Position numbers and translations under genes: made by a program. Below are positions 41,803 to 51,319 of a stretch of 64,000 nucleotides of DNA, in pieces. Every line of letters starts with the position of its first letter. Positions within the stretch are counted from its first letter, which is position 1. Under the pieces are notes generated by a model that saw only the letters and a program-made list of their open reading frames with translations, had not been told where the DNA came from and searched no databases. The DNA comes from a virus, in IMG/VR virus record IMGVR_UViG_3300042887_005324, positions 32,001-96,000 of that record. The stretch is one strand, 5' to 3'.

Positions 41803-42692
41803 TATAGTTTAATTAGTTTGTTTATTATTTCGTTTGAATCGAATAATTTTAGTTTATCGTATGGAAATTGAATTGGATTACCACCAATATCGAAATCCTC
41901 TAAGTAGGAAGAGTGATATGTATCAAAAGATGTTCCAACATTTGGTGTAACATTATTATGAAAATCATATCCAAGAACATCTGGTTTGTTTCCAATCCAA
42001 CAAACTACTGATACTTGATTTAGAGCCATAGCAGCGTGTTGTGAGAAAGAATCGATAAACAATCTTTTTCTAGAAAATAAAGGAGCTGCTAAGATTTCTC
42101 TTGTTTCCAATGTTAATTTGTTTGCTCCTTCAATAAGTCTTTGACCTTCGTATCCGATTTGATAGATATGATAATCATTTTTGAAGTAGTCAACTATCTC
42201 TTTTGCATTTTGGTGTGGTAAATCTCTGTACCAAGAATAAGGTCTTGAGTTCTGACCACCACCTCCGCCACTTGTATGAATTAAGAATATCGGTTTTGTA
42301 ACATTGTTCAACATCTTAATTTTTATGAATTCTAATTCAAGAGGCGAAAAATACAATTTTGGACCTGATTGATTATTTTTAATTCCGTAAAGATCACACC
42401 AAACATCGATTAGATGTTTTTTATTTAGAATATAATTCTCTGAATGATAAGGATCAATTCTAAAAACTTTTGTGTCTTTATCTTTTATAAAATTTTTATA
42501 AAAGTTTGCTATTTGTCCTAAAGGATAGACTTGATAAATATCTGGATTATTGAACCAAACTTGAGGCCAAGCAGTTACTAAAATAATATTTCTTTCGGGG
42601 TCACTTTCTTTAAGAGATGAAACTACAGCTGTGGCTAAGATATTTTTACCGATTCCTCCTTCAATGTGGAAAACACTGAATTTTTCTTTCAT
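41802..42692 (-). CDS. Putative glycosyltransferase (GT-B, GT9-like)
   Basis: IEGGIGKNI...VWFNNPDI...IDSFSQHAAMAL...VVCW pattern. Confidence 0.6.
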   Translation of the reverse strand: MKEKFSVFHIEGGIGKNILATAVVSSLKESDPERNIILVTAWPQVWFNNPDIYQVYPLGQIANFYKNFIKDKDTKVFRIDPYHSENYILNKKHLIDVWCDLYGIKNNQSGPKLYFSPLELEFIKIKMLNNVTKPIFLIHTSGGGGGQNSRPYSWYRDLPHQNAKEIVDYFKNDYHIYQIGYEGQRLIEGANKLTLETREILAAPLFSRKRLFIDSFSQHAAMALNQVSVVCWIGNKPDVLGYDFHNNVTPNVGTSFDTYHSSYLEDFDIGGNPIQFPYDKLKLFDSNEIINKLIKL

Positions 42693-42807
42693 ATTTTGAC
42701 TTTTTCTTTTCTAATTATATCAAATTAATGAGAAAAGTTAGTATAAAAAAAAAGAGTTAACTCAACTATTTGAGTTAACTCATTTAAAGATTATATTGAA
42801 AGATGAA

Positions 42808-43044
42808 TTAAGCGCTGTATAGAGCAGTAAGTCTTGTGATGACATCAGCATCTGTCCACTGTCCAGCTGCATCATAATCTGCTCCTTCCCACAAAACAAC
42901 TGGCTCATCCAATTCTTCAACAAAACATCTTACAACTTTTTGCTTTGGTAAATCAACAACTCTAATTACTGTTAATGAGTCAATAGTCTTACTTTTTTCT
43001 TCTTGTAAAACAATCTTTTTAGGATTTGTAAGTGTAATATTCAT
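42808..43044 (-). CDS. Small hypothetical protein (possible fibre chaperone)
   Basis: 78 aa, LWEGADYDAAGQWTD; late motif at 43063-43072; terminator at 42745-42781. Confidence 0.65.
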   Translation of the reverse strand: MNITLTNPKKIVLQEEKSKTIDSLTVIRVVDLPKQKVVRCFVEELDEPVVLWEGADYDAAGQWTDADVITRLTALYSA

Positions 43045-43098
43045 ATTTTCATTTCTTTTTTTTATATATTAAAAAATTAAATCGTTTTTTTATTAAAA

Positions 43099-44424
43099 TT
43101 AACCAAAAGGTGATAAAGAACTCCAAGTAGAACCAAAAATACTCACGGGTCTACTAAAACCACTTGTATCTATTATTGAACCACTTTCCTTGAATTTCAA
43201 AAGTAATTTAGTACCAGATACTGCTGTTAATTCAGATGTTGGGACATTGATAGTTAAATCATTGACATTATAAACAGATGTTCCAGTGACTAATCTAAAA
43301 TTAGTCAAGTAACCATTCCAAACATTATTTGTTCCAGATCCTATCCACAGGTCATTACTGTTATTACTAATATTTGTATTAACAGTTCCTGTCCAAATTC
43401 TAGTTCCGTCTTTATAAACCGAAACTACACCAGATGTTCTCGAGATAGCAAAATGAACCCATTTATTTAAATAATTTGTAAGTGTTATATTTACATAATA
43501 TGTCATTCCATTATTCAACCAGAGTAAAAATAAACCATTTTCAATACTTACAGCTAAGGAATGTGTTGGCCAACTACCAACCTCAAAAAGTCTACTGTAA
43601 CTAGGTGGAGATGCTTGGGTTTGATACTGAAACCACTCTACCGTAAAGTCATTGGTATTAAATGCGAAATCGTTACTAGCAGGTAGTGTGATATACCTTT
43701 CTGTAGTATCATTCTGACCAAATCTGAAACTACCTCCAATAAATGGAAGACTCGATGTGAATCCAACAAGTTGATTTGTTATTTCATGATTGTAGATACT
43801 GTTATCAAATATGGCAGTATTTTGACTTCCAACATTGATTAAGAATTTGGTATCAAGTGTATTACTGTAAGTGAAACTTGCGGTAAAATTAGAAGTGTAA
43901 ATAGCCGTGCCAACAATTAATCTTGATTGACTAATTAATCCATCAAAATAATATCCATCATAGTTATTATAGTATCTACCAATGGCTAAGGAATTACCGG
44001 TGTAATTATTGCTATCACTGAATTCAAAAACTAAATTACCATTTAGATAACAACTCGCTGTTCCTCCTGTTCTTGAGATAGCAGCATGATACCAAACACC
44101 AGTATTGATTGGTGTCTCATTATATCCACCAATCGTGTAAAACTCGACATTTCCATCGTGTGTGTTTATCGAAAATCCATCTACACCTCCAAACTCTCTA
44201 TTAGTTAAAATACCCTTATATCCATTAGTATTATTGGACTTAAACCAACTTTCAACAGTAAAAGAACTAGTGCCAACTATATAGTCAGATGAATCTGATC
44301 GAAGATATGAAGAACTGGCTGATACTATCAATAATGACCCGTAATATATTGTATCCAACAAAGGTATTTGCACAGAAATCATTGATGAAAGTGGTCCAGA
44401 AAAGTTTGAGAATTTACCTATCAT
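43099..44424 (-). CDS. Double LamG-like domain protein (putative adhesin)
   Basis: FTVESWF...WYHAAISR...YLNG and FTVEWF...WVHFAISR; first domain strongly resembles the middle domain of 32499..34490. Confidence 0.8.
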   Translation of the reverse strand: MIGKFSNFSGPLSSMISVQIPLLDTIYYGSLLIVSASSSYLRSDSSDYIVGTSSFTVESWFKSNNTNGYKGILTNREFGGVDGFSINTHDGNVEFYTIGGYNETPINTGVWYHAAISRTGGTASCYLNGNLVFEFSDSNNYTGNSLAIGRYYNNYDGYYFDGLISQSRLIVGTAIYTSNFTASFTYSNTLDTKFLINVGSQNTAIFDNSIYNHEITNQLVGFTSSLPFIGGSFRFGQNDTTERYITLPASNDFAFNTNDFTVEWFQYQTQASPPSYSRLFEVGSWPTHSLAVSIENGLFLLWLNNGMTYYVNITLTNYLNKWVHFAISRTSGVVSVYKDGTRIWTGTVNTNISNNSNDLWIGSGTNNVWNGYLTNFRLVTGTSVYNVNDLTINVPTSELTAVSGTKLLLKFKESGSIIDTSGFSRPVSIFGSTWSSLSPFG

Positions 44425-44457
44425 AACTTATATATTATAAAATAAAAGTTATAAGTA

Positions 44458-46143
44458 TTATCCAAATGTACTTACTTGAGCCAAAACTGACCAATCATTG
44501 TTTCTTCTTATGAATGAAAACCCAACAACATCTGTTTGGTTAACACTTCCGGAAGGTGTACTAGCGCCAACCCATTTTACACTATAAGTATTTCCATTTA
44601 TTAAAATTGGCGATGTAGGTAGATAAGCTGTTCCTTGTTGTTCAATAATAATCGTAGAGGTGATAACTTTCATTTCAATCTCTGGAACATTCTGGAAGTC
44701 TGGCTGAAAGTCTTCAGCCAAATCATCGTGTGTCCAGATTGAACCTAAATTGAAGTCATAAATAATTGTTGCACCTGCGGTTGAAGTATTTAGTTCTTCT
44801 ATTGTTTGTTGAAACTGAGTTGTTGCTTGAATTGAAAAAGTTGATCCATCGAATGTTAAATTATTTTGAGCAACTAACCCAGTTGACCCATCCGAAGTGA
44901 CTAAAGAGTTGTTTGATGCATTTGTTATAGTTAAGGTAGATGAGAAATTTGATGGACTTATTTCTATGTTCCAAAAACTATAAGTAGGAACCACACCATC
45001 ATTGTTTGTTGCTCCGAATTTCGGAGAATAGTTTACCACTAGTTCAAGTAAACCAGTCTCAAAGTTATATCCAGTTACTTCACCGACGAAATAAATACCA
45101 GCATCATCAACATAGTCATCAATTGCATAGTTATTATCAATAATATTGTAAACGATTAAACTATGTGCTTGTTTAAATCCGAGTCTATCTTGAGTTTGTA
45201 ATTCTATAATAAACCCTTCTTCAGGTAGTTGAAGATGTGAACTTGAGGTGCCAGAGTACCTGTATAATACAGATTGATTGTCTCTAATAATATCTCCAAC
45301 TGTTGGTAGTATAATATTACCATTTTTGAATTGTAAGTCAAAGTTTGAAGCAGATCCAATTGTTTGTATAGAAATATAACCATTATTATTTTCATCGATA
45401 TTGGATGAGATAATAGAACTTGGAGTTATGCCAGAAATAAAATTAACTGAAGATTCGACTATACTTAAAGAAGAATTAAATTGGACTGAATTATCAGTAG
45501 AAATTGTTGCAGTATCAATAAATGTAAAAGGAATGCCTTGTAAATTATTGTAAGAAATCGGTAGACTCTGAGTACTGTTGTAAAGTAGTGTATCTCCATC
45601 AGTCGAAAGCACAAATGGATTATCAACAGAACCTATGTTAACACTATTAACTACTAAGCTATTATTATGTGATGAAAGAGTTAAACCACCAATATAAATA
45701 GAACTTGTGCCAACATACAAACTCCTCCATTGTAACTGAGGTGATCCCAAGTTATAAGTACTGTTAGTGCCTGGTAAAAAGTCACCATTAAGTGTTAATT
45801 CACCACTACCTGGACTAATTGTATTAATATCTAAGTCTGAAAGTAATCCAGTAATGTAATTCTCTACATCTTTAGCAATGACAATAGGTGTATTTTGAGT
45901 TAACGTGTCAATTTGTGTTTGTAGTTGAGTTATTGCTGACTTAGCTTCATTTGAATTATAAAAATTCAGAAATATTATCTTATCATTTTTAAGATTAATT
46001 TTTACCAAATTATTATTCACCATCGTATTGACGATAGAAAATGGGTTCACAGTGTACTTAATCACACCAGTGCTATCTAAAATTTGGATATTTCTATCTC
46101 CCGTTCCTAACGGTCTTAAAAAATAATTTACATTATAAGTCAT
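44458..46143 (-). CDS. Tail fibre-like protein sharing its C-terminal domain with 34507..39393
   Basis: YNLGSPQLQWRSLYV fibre motif; C-terminal TTQFQQTIE...VKWVGASTPSG...DVVGF. Confidence 0.7.
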   Translation of the reverse strand: MTYNVNYFLRPLGTGDRNIQILDSTGVIKYTVNPFSIVNTMVNNNLVKINLKNDKIIFLNFYNSNEAKSAITQLQTQIDTLTQNTPIVIAKDVENYITGLLSDLDINTISPGSGELTLNGDFLPGTNSTYNLGSPQLQWRSLYVGTSSIYIGGLTLSSHNNSLVVNSVNIGSVDNPFVLSTDGDTLLYNSTQSLPISYNNLQGIPFTFIDTATISTDNSVQFNSSLSIVESSVNFISGITPSSIISSNIDENNNGYISIQTIGSASNFDLQFKNGNIILPTVGDIIRDNQSVLYRYSGTSSSHLQLPEEGFIIELQTQDRLGFKQAHSLIVYNIIDNNYAIDDYVDDAGIYFVGEVTGYNFETGLLELVVNYSPKFGATNNDGVVPTYSFWNIEISPSNFSSTLTITNASNNSLVTSDGSTGLVAQNNLTFDGSTFSIQATTQFQQTIEELNTSTAGATIIYDFNLGSIWTHDDLAEDFQPDFQNVPEIEMKVITSTIIIEQQGTAYLPTSPILINGNTYSVKWVGASTPSGSVNQTDVVGFSFIRRNNDWSVLAQVSTFG

Positions 46144-46158
46144 TGTTATTCATCCTTT

Positions 46159-47301
46159 TTATGCAGTTATATCAAGATTAATTTTCAATACATTTAAATA
46201 ATTTAATGCTATATCAGAAAAATCAAAATTTACAGAGTAAGTTCCTACTTCAAGTATTGTAGTTACTGTCCCAGAAGTTGAACCTAATATTAAATTAGAT
46301 CCAGTAATACCCATTACACCATCTCTGTTATCGGTAACTGAGTTAATAAGTAAGTCAACTATTTTATTTTTATCAATTACATTGCTTACTCCAAAAGTAG
46401 ACAATGAGATTGAAGTCGAGAATGTATTACCAATTGTAGTATCAGGGTTAATACCAGTTAATCCTAAATAATCATAGATATAATCTCCTGTATTTCCAAC
46501 TTGAGTATTAAATACTATTACTGGTTTCTCCGTATCCGATAGAGGACTAAGTGTATCAATATTAACATTTGGATTTTCCATAACATAGTTAAATATTGAA
46601 AATGCTTGTGATGCATCATTTACAGTTAAGAACTTTAAGAATATTGTTCCAAAGCTTTGATCATCAACTATTAATATATCGTCTGATCTTTCGATTGAGT
46701 TAATATTTGCTATTTTGATATAGACTAGTGGTTTAGGTGGAGCACTTTTGTCCTTAATAACAATTGATTCATTTATAACATAAGTGTGTATATCTGTATA
46801 TTCCAAGCCAGTGAAAGATAATCCTGATTGATTTAGTGTATCATTAAAGAACGAATAAGTATCATCTATAACCGCAACCATTATATCCAAGTTTACTGGA
46901 TAGTTTGAATTTGGATTCGTCAAATATAACTGTGGTATTCTATATGCTGAGTTGCCAGTTAATATCATCAATTGTGCCATATAATGATTCTTGGATAAGT
47001 CATCAGCAAAATTATATTGAATGTAATTATCTTCCTCTATTTTAGATTTCGGATCATAAGTTGCTGCAATTGATAAAAATGTTGCGTTGTCTCCTAATCC
47101 TAAATGATTCATTAAATAATCAACTTGACCAGCTTTTAATACAACTCTTCCTCTTAATAATTGAGTATAAGGAATTCTTAAATCTTTTAAAAATTGTCTG
47201 TCAACAGTATTTACACCTTCTACTGCTACTAAATCACCATTAAGAAATTTTATATATTTGTCAGAAGTGCCGAATAATGAACTCTGATTATTACAAGCCA
47301 T
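46159..47301 (-). CDS. Putative virion structural protein
   Basis: 380 aa in the structural block; late motif at 47323-47332. Confidence 0.6.
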   Translation of the reverse strand: MACNNQSSLFGTSDKYIKFLNGDLVAVEGVNTVDRQFLKDLRIPYTQLLRGRVVLKAGQVDYLMNHLGLGDNATFLSIAATYDPKSKIEEDNYIQYNFADDLSKNHYMAQLMILTGNSAYRIPQLYLTNPNSNYPVNLDIMVAVIDDTYSFFNDTLNQSGLSFTGLEYTDIHTYVINESIVIKDKSAPPKPLVYIKIANINSIERSDDILIVDDQSFGTIFLKFLTVNDASQAFSIFNYVMENPNVNIDTLSPLSDTEKPVIVFNTQVGNTGDYIYDYLGLTGINPDTTIGNTFSTSISLSTFGVSNVIDKNKIVDLLINSVTDNRDGVMGITGSNLILGSTSGTVTTILEVGTYSVNFDFSDIALNYLNVLKINLDITA

Positions 47302-47359
47302 ATTTTGAACCTTATTTTTGATTATATATTAAATTTATATAATCATTAATTCAAAAACA

Positions 47360-50047
47360 TCATCTAACTTCTCTCTCAATAAGGTATCTTTCTTCAATTG
47401 AGTCACCAACTGCATCAGAAATTCTGGTAATCTTGTACTTTATTCCTTTGTTTAACTTCAAATAAGGTTTATTAGATAATAAATAATTTGTACTTGAATT
47501 GAATGTTATTGGTAAACTGTTACTCGCTCCATAAGAAATAAGTGTTGCATTATTGTTAACATTTAGAGTTAGAATAGAATTAGTTGCTCCAACTGAATCA
47601 ACTACATATTGTCCTGAAAAATCAATTTTACTTATTGTACCAATTGTGAAATCCTTAATCTGATATGTATCACCAGCTTTAAATGAGTTGTTAACTAATT
47701 GTCCATTTTCGTTTATCGGTAAAGTTAGTAGACCACCAGAAGTCAATTGAAAGTCTTTTGTTAGATCTATATCGAAATTCACCGAGTTCCAACTTTTGGC
47801 ACTATTCGAGACTTGTGTTACGGTATTATAATAAACAGGTAAGTCAACTGTTTCAACTATTTGTGTTTCTACTGGAGTTGCTGTATCAAGACCTAATTTA
47901 TAATTTATGAAAATTTCAAGTTTCTTATTCTGTGTTGCAGTTAGATTTGAATCGATGATAATATCACAACTTTGTTTATAATCTAAGTCTCTATCAATTA
48001 AGATAGTAAGTTTATCATCATTCGGTAGTGTGAAATCATTTATATCATCATTAGTTACATAAATTAGAAAATTCTTGTTCTCAGGAACAGTAGCAATATA
48101 TGGAACTGCACCATTGATGTTATAAAGTTGAGAAGTGAATACTTCATAGATAACATTATAAGTAGCATCTTTGTTTCTTAACTTAATTCTCGGTGGTGAA
48201 ACAGTAGAGTCTAAGTCTACCGCAATTGTATCTGAATTTATTATTTGATTTGTTGAATAAAGTCTTAATAGATTATCTAAATTAGAAATTCTTGCATTGA
48301 TTGTTTGAAAATCTGTCTGTGAATATAAGAGTTGTCTCATATCAGAAACCTGTTGTTCAAGATCGCCTTGAGTTGCTAAAATTTCTAAAAATGATTGATT
48401 TACATTAGCCAATCTTCTCATCGCTTCATTAAACAGATTGAAACTAAATAATGAATTGATTGCTTGAGGATTATAGGTATCCTGTGGATTCTCATTGATG
48501 ATATTGAAACTAAGATTAAGTGAAAAAGCATAAGATGTACCGTCTTGTAAATCATTTGTAGCTAACTTTTTGAAAGTAGGTACTCTTAATGATACCTCAC
48601 TAGGCAAAGGATTGTTATCTGGATTATCGACAAACGAGATGCCATATAGGTTCGTCGTTTGATTACCATTAATATCTTCAACAGTATAATACCATAAAAT
48701 TGAGTTAAATTCGAAATCCTGAGGAACTTGATTATTTACTTCTAAAGCATTAAATTGATCAAAATTAGTAAGTTCTCTACCAATAATATTCATTTTAACA
48801 TAGTGTGCTGGGTCAAAATCTAAAGTAAGACCATCAACAGTTGAACCATTTACTACTGGAATATTAATATCACCAGAAATACCAAAATAATCACCACTCC
48901 TTCTAAGTGAATCACCACTTGCTGTCTCGTATGTAAAATCTTCAGTGTCGAACTGACCATAGTGATTACCTGGATAATTAACAGGAGTACTAACGATTGG
49001 ACTAGAAAACAATTCAGCTCCTATAATTTCAGGTTGATACTGACTTGGTAAAATCGGAAAAGTCATGTTTGGTTTGTAATTAACATCAAATTTAGTTCTG
49101 AATAATATGTCTGGTGTACGTCCTGTATGATCAGGTATATGTGCATATACTTCAGTATAGGATCTGTTAGCCTCTTGTACATTATTTACACCATTAACTT
49201 CTCCTATATACTGAACTAATCTTTGATATACTAATTTGACAAACGCCCCAGTTTCGTTAAATTCAGCATTTGTGTAATTCACATCAAAAACTATTTTCTG
49301 TCCAGTAGTAGAGGTTGCTGGTATAATTTTTTGAATTTTAGTTCTAAAACCTGACTCACCAAATAAACTAACTAAGATTGGATCAGTTATATTACCGAAC
49401 TCAACTAAATCATTAACTCTAAAATTCGTAGTTGATTGAAACTCTATTTCTAATTTATTAGAGTATCCAGCTTCACCAGACTCATAAAAACTTACAGTAG
49501 ACCACTCAACTACTTCTCTTTCTTTCCAAAGTAACTCTGGAAAATATTCATCATCATTTAAGTTATTCCTTTGAAATTCAGGTAAATTACCAAAGTATTC
49601 ATCTCCATCAACTGCTTGATCAAAATCAATTAGTCCTAGTTTTTTACACCATTTCCAGAATATTTTCTCAGTTGGTGTTTCTATTATTGTATTATCGTAA
49701 TAGTACTCTGTATTATTTAATCTTGACTCTTTAATTACAACTTCTTGGTTTGCTACATAGTTTCTCAAGGATTCAACCATTTGGTCTTGGTAGTTAGTTG
49801 CTGGTGTTGAGAAGTTTGATCTCTTAAATCCATATCCTAAGTTTGCAGTATTTTCAAAGTCCCAATAAATTGATGCAGTGCTACCACTCAGTTTTTGTAT
49901 AGGCAAATTTAATAAAACATATTTAGAAAAATACATTTTGTAATTCTCATTCTGATATGCAGCTGAAATATCTTCAGCAGCTCCAGGAAAAGCGTAAAAT
50001 GAGGTTCCGTTTGCTTTAAGTCTCTTATATAATGGGGTAGCAGCCAT
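47360..50047 (-). CDS. Large putative virion (baseplate/tail) protein
   Basis: 895 aa, beta-rich; late motif at 50072-50081. Confidence 0.6.
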   Translation of the reverse strand: MAATPLYKRLKANGTSFYAFPGAAEDISAAYQNENYKMYFSKYVLLNLPIQKLSGSTASIYWDFENTANLGYGFKRSNFSTPATNYQDQMVESLRNYVANQEVVIKESRLNNTEYYYDNTIIETPTEKIFWKWCKKLGLIDFDQAVDGDEYFGNLPEFQRNNLNDDEYFPELLWKEREVVEWSTVSFYESGEAGYSNKLEIEFQSTTNFRVNDLVEFGNITDPILVSLFGESGFRTKIQKIIPATSTTGQKIVFDVNYTNAEFNETGAFVKLVYQRLVQYIGEVNGVNNVQEANRSYTEVYAHIPDHTGRTPDILFRTKFDVNYKPNMTFPILPSQYQPEIIGAELFSSPIVSTPVNYPGNHYGQFDTEDFTYETASGDSLRRSGDYFGISGDINIPVVNGSTVDGLTLDFDPAHYVKMNIIGRELTNFDQFNALEVNNQVPQDFEFNSILWYYTVEDINGNQTTNLYGISFVDNPDNNPLPSEVSLRVPTFKKLATNDLQDGTSYAFSLNLSFNIINENPQDTYNPQAINSLFSFNLFNEAMRRLANVNQSFLEILATQGDLEQQVSDMRQLLYSQTDFQTINARISNLDNLLRLYSTNQIINSDTIAVDLDSTVSPPRIKLRNKDATYNVIYEVFTSQLYNINGAVPYIATVPENKNFLIYVTNDDINDFTLPNDDKLTILIDRDLDYKQSCDIIIDSNLTATQNKKLEIFINYKLGLDTATPVETQIVETVDLPVYYNTVTQVSNSAKSWNSVNFDIDLTKDFQLTSGGLLTLPINENGQLVNNSFKAGDTYQIKDFTIGTISKIDFSGQYVVDSVGATNSILTLNVNNNATLISYGASNSLPITFNSSTNYLLSNKPYLKLNKGIKYKITRISDAVGDSIEERYLIEREVR

Positions 50048-50147
50048 GTAATTAAAATTATTAATTTTATTTATATATTAAATAAGATTAGCTCTTTTGT
50101 AAAACAATCGTAACGAATAAGAGTATAAAATAAAAATATTGATTTTT

Positions 50148-50588
50148 ATGTTAGGTGATATATTTTATTTCTTTGGTCTAATTCTTTTTATTTTGAACCT
50201 AAGTACACTACTAAATTTTCAAAACTACAATAGGATTTACGATTGGTATTATAAATTTAAAAAAGTTACAAAAAAGGAACCAACACGCAGTGATTTTAAG
50301 TCAAAAGACTTCGAATACTTCAGTTTCTACTTAGCACTTGAAATATTAAATATTTGTTGGGTTTTATTAGGACTTGTTACAAAAAGTTGGTTAATCTTCA
50401 TTACAATATTTATCTTTAATATTCTAATGAATTCGATTCTCAAGAAACTACACAACTATTTTGTAATTGTTAGATTTCTAAGACTTTTCAAGGTAACAAT
50501 AGTTACTATGATTTTCGGTTTTTTATTCCTTAATCATTTTCACTTACATAAAGATCCTTTAACTCTATTGAGCTTCTTTCTCAGATGA
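50148..50588 (+). CDS. Multi-pass membrane protein
   Basis: Three to four hydrophobic segments. Confidence 0.7.
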   Translation: MLGDIFYFFGLILFILNLSTLLNFQNYNRIYDWYYKFKKVTKKEPTRSDFKSKDFEYFSFYLALEILNICWVLLGLVTKSWLIFITIFIFNILMNSILKKLHNYFVIVRFLRLFKVTIVTMIFGFLFLNHFHLHKDPLTLLSFFLR

Positions 50589-50960
50589 ACCACTTTCTGA
50601 TAAGTCAGATATTATTTCTGATACTGCTCTTTTAGTACCTTTAATTATATAATCATATAAACTAAAAGTAGACATTTCTGAAGGTACTTCATCATAGAAG
50701 TTTACTTTTGATAAAAGTTCATCTATATCATTTCTATATTTCAAATAAAACTCATATACATCTGAATCATTAATTAATCCCTGTATTTGAGATTCTTCTG
50801 GATTTCTTATGAATGACTTTAGAAATTTATTAAAGGTTTCTTCATCCTCTGTATTTAAGGATTTTTTAATCATTTCAGAAATGTCATTTTTCAAATCTGT
50901 ATTTACTTCTGATGTTGTCTCAGCTTCTTCGAAAAGTCTGTAGTTCTTTAAAAATTTCAT
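50565..50960 (-). CDS. Hypothetical protein, CTS-like N-terminus
   Basis: MKFLKNYRLFEEAE. Confidence 0.7.
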   Translation of the reverse strand: MKFLKNYRLFEEAETTSEVNTDLKNDISEMIKKSLNTEDEETFNKFLKSFIRNPEESQIQGLINDSDVYEFYLKYRNDIDELLSKVNFYDEVPSEMSTFSLYDYIIKGTKRAVSEIISDLSESGSSEKEAQ

Positions 50961-50963
50961 AGG

Positions 50964-51293
50964 TTATTTGAATTTATTTGGGTATAGATGTCTTAATTCG
51001 TGTCCTTGTGGTATATCACTTGTTCTGATTCCAAAAACTTTTTTTTCAGGACAAGTATCTTTTCCATCCATGTAGAAATTATTATTACAAGCCCATACTT
51101 CAACATTTCTTGAAAGTAATTGACCTTCAGAAAAAGGAAATCTCACACCAGCTTCATTATCAATAGATATTATTCTACCATTTTCAGTAACCACAGTGAT
51201 CACAAGATTAGAATTTCTCTTACTGACAAAAGTAATTGTTTTATTTCTAAATGATTCATACTCTTCCAAATGCATTAATAATTTTCTTTTCAT
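50964..51293 (-). CDS. Hypothetical protein
   Basis: MKRKLLMHLEEYESF; late motif at 51300-51309. Confidence 0.7.
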   Translation of the reverse strand: MKRKLLMHLEEYESFRNKTITFVSKRNSNLVITVVTENGRIISIDNEAGVRFPFSEGQLLSRNVEVWACNNNFYMDGKDTCPEKKVFGIRTSDIPQGHELRHLYPNKFK

Positions 51294-51319
51294 ATTATCT
51301 ATATATTAATTCTTAATAT

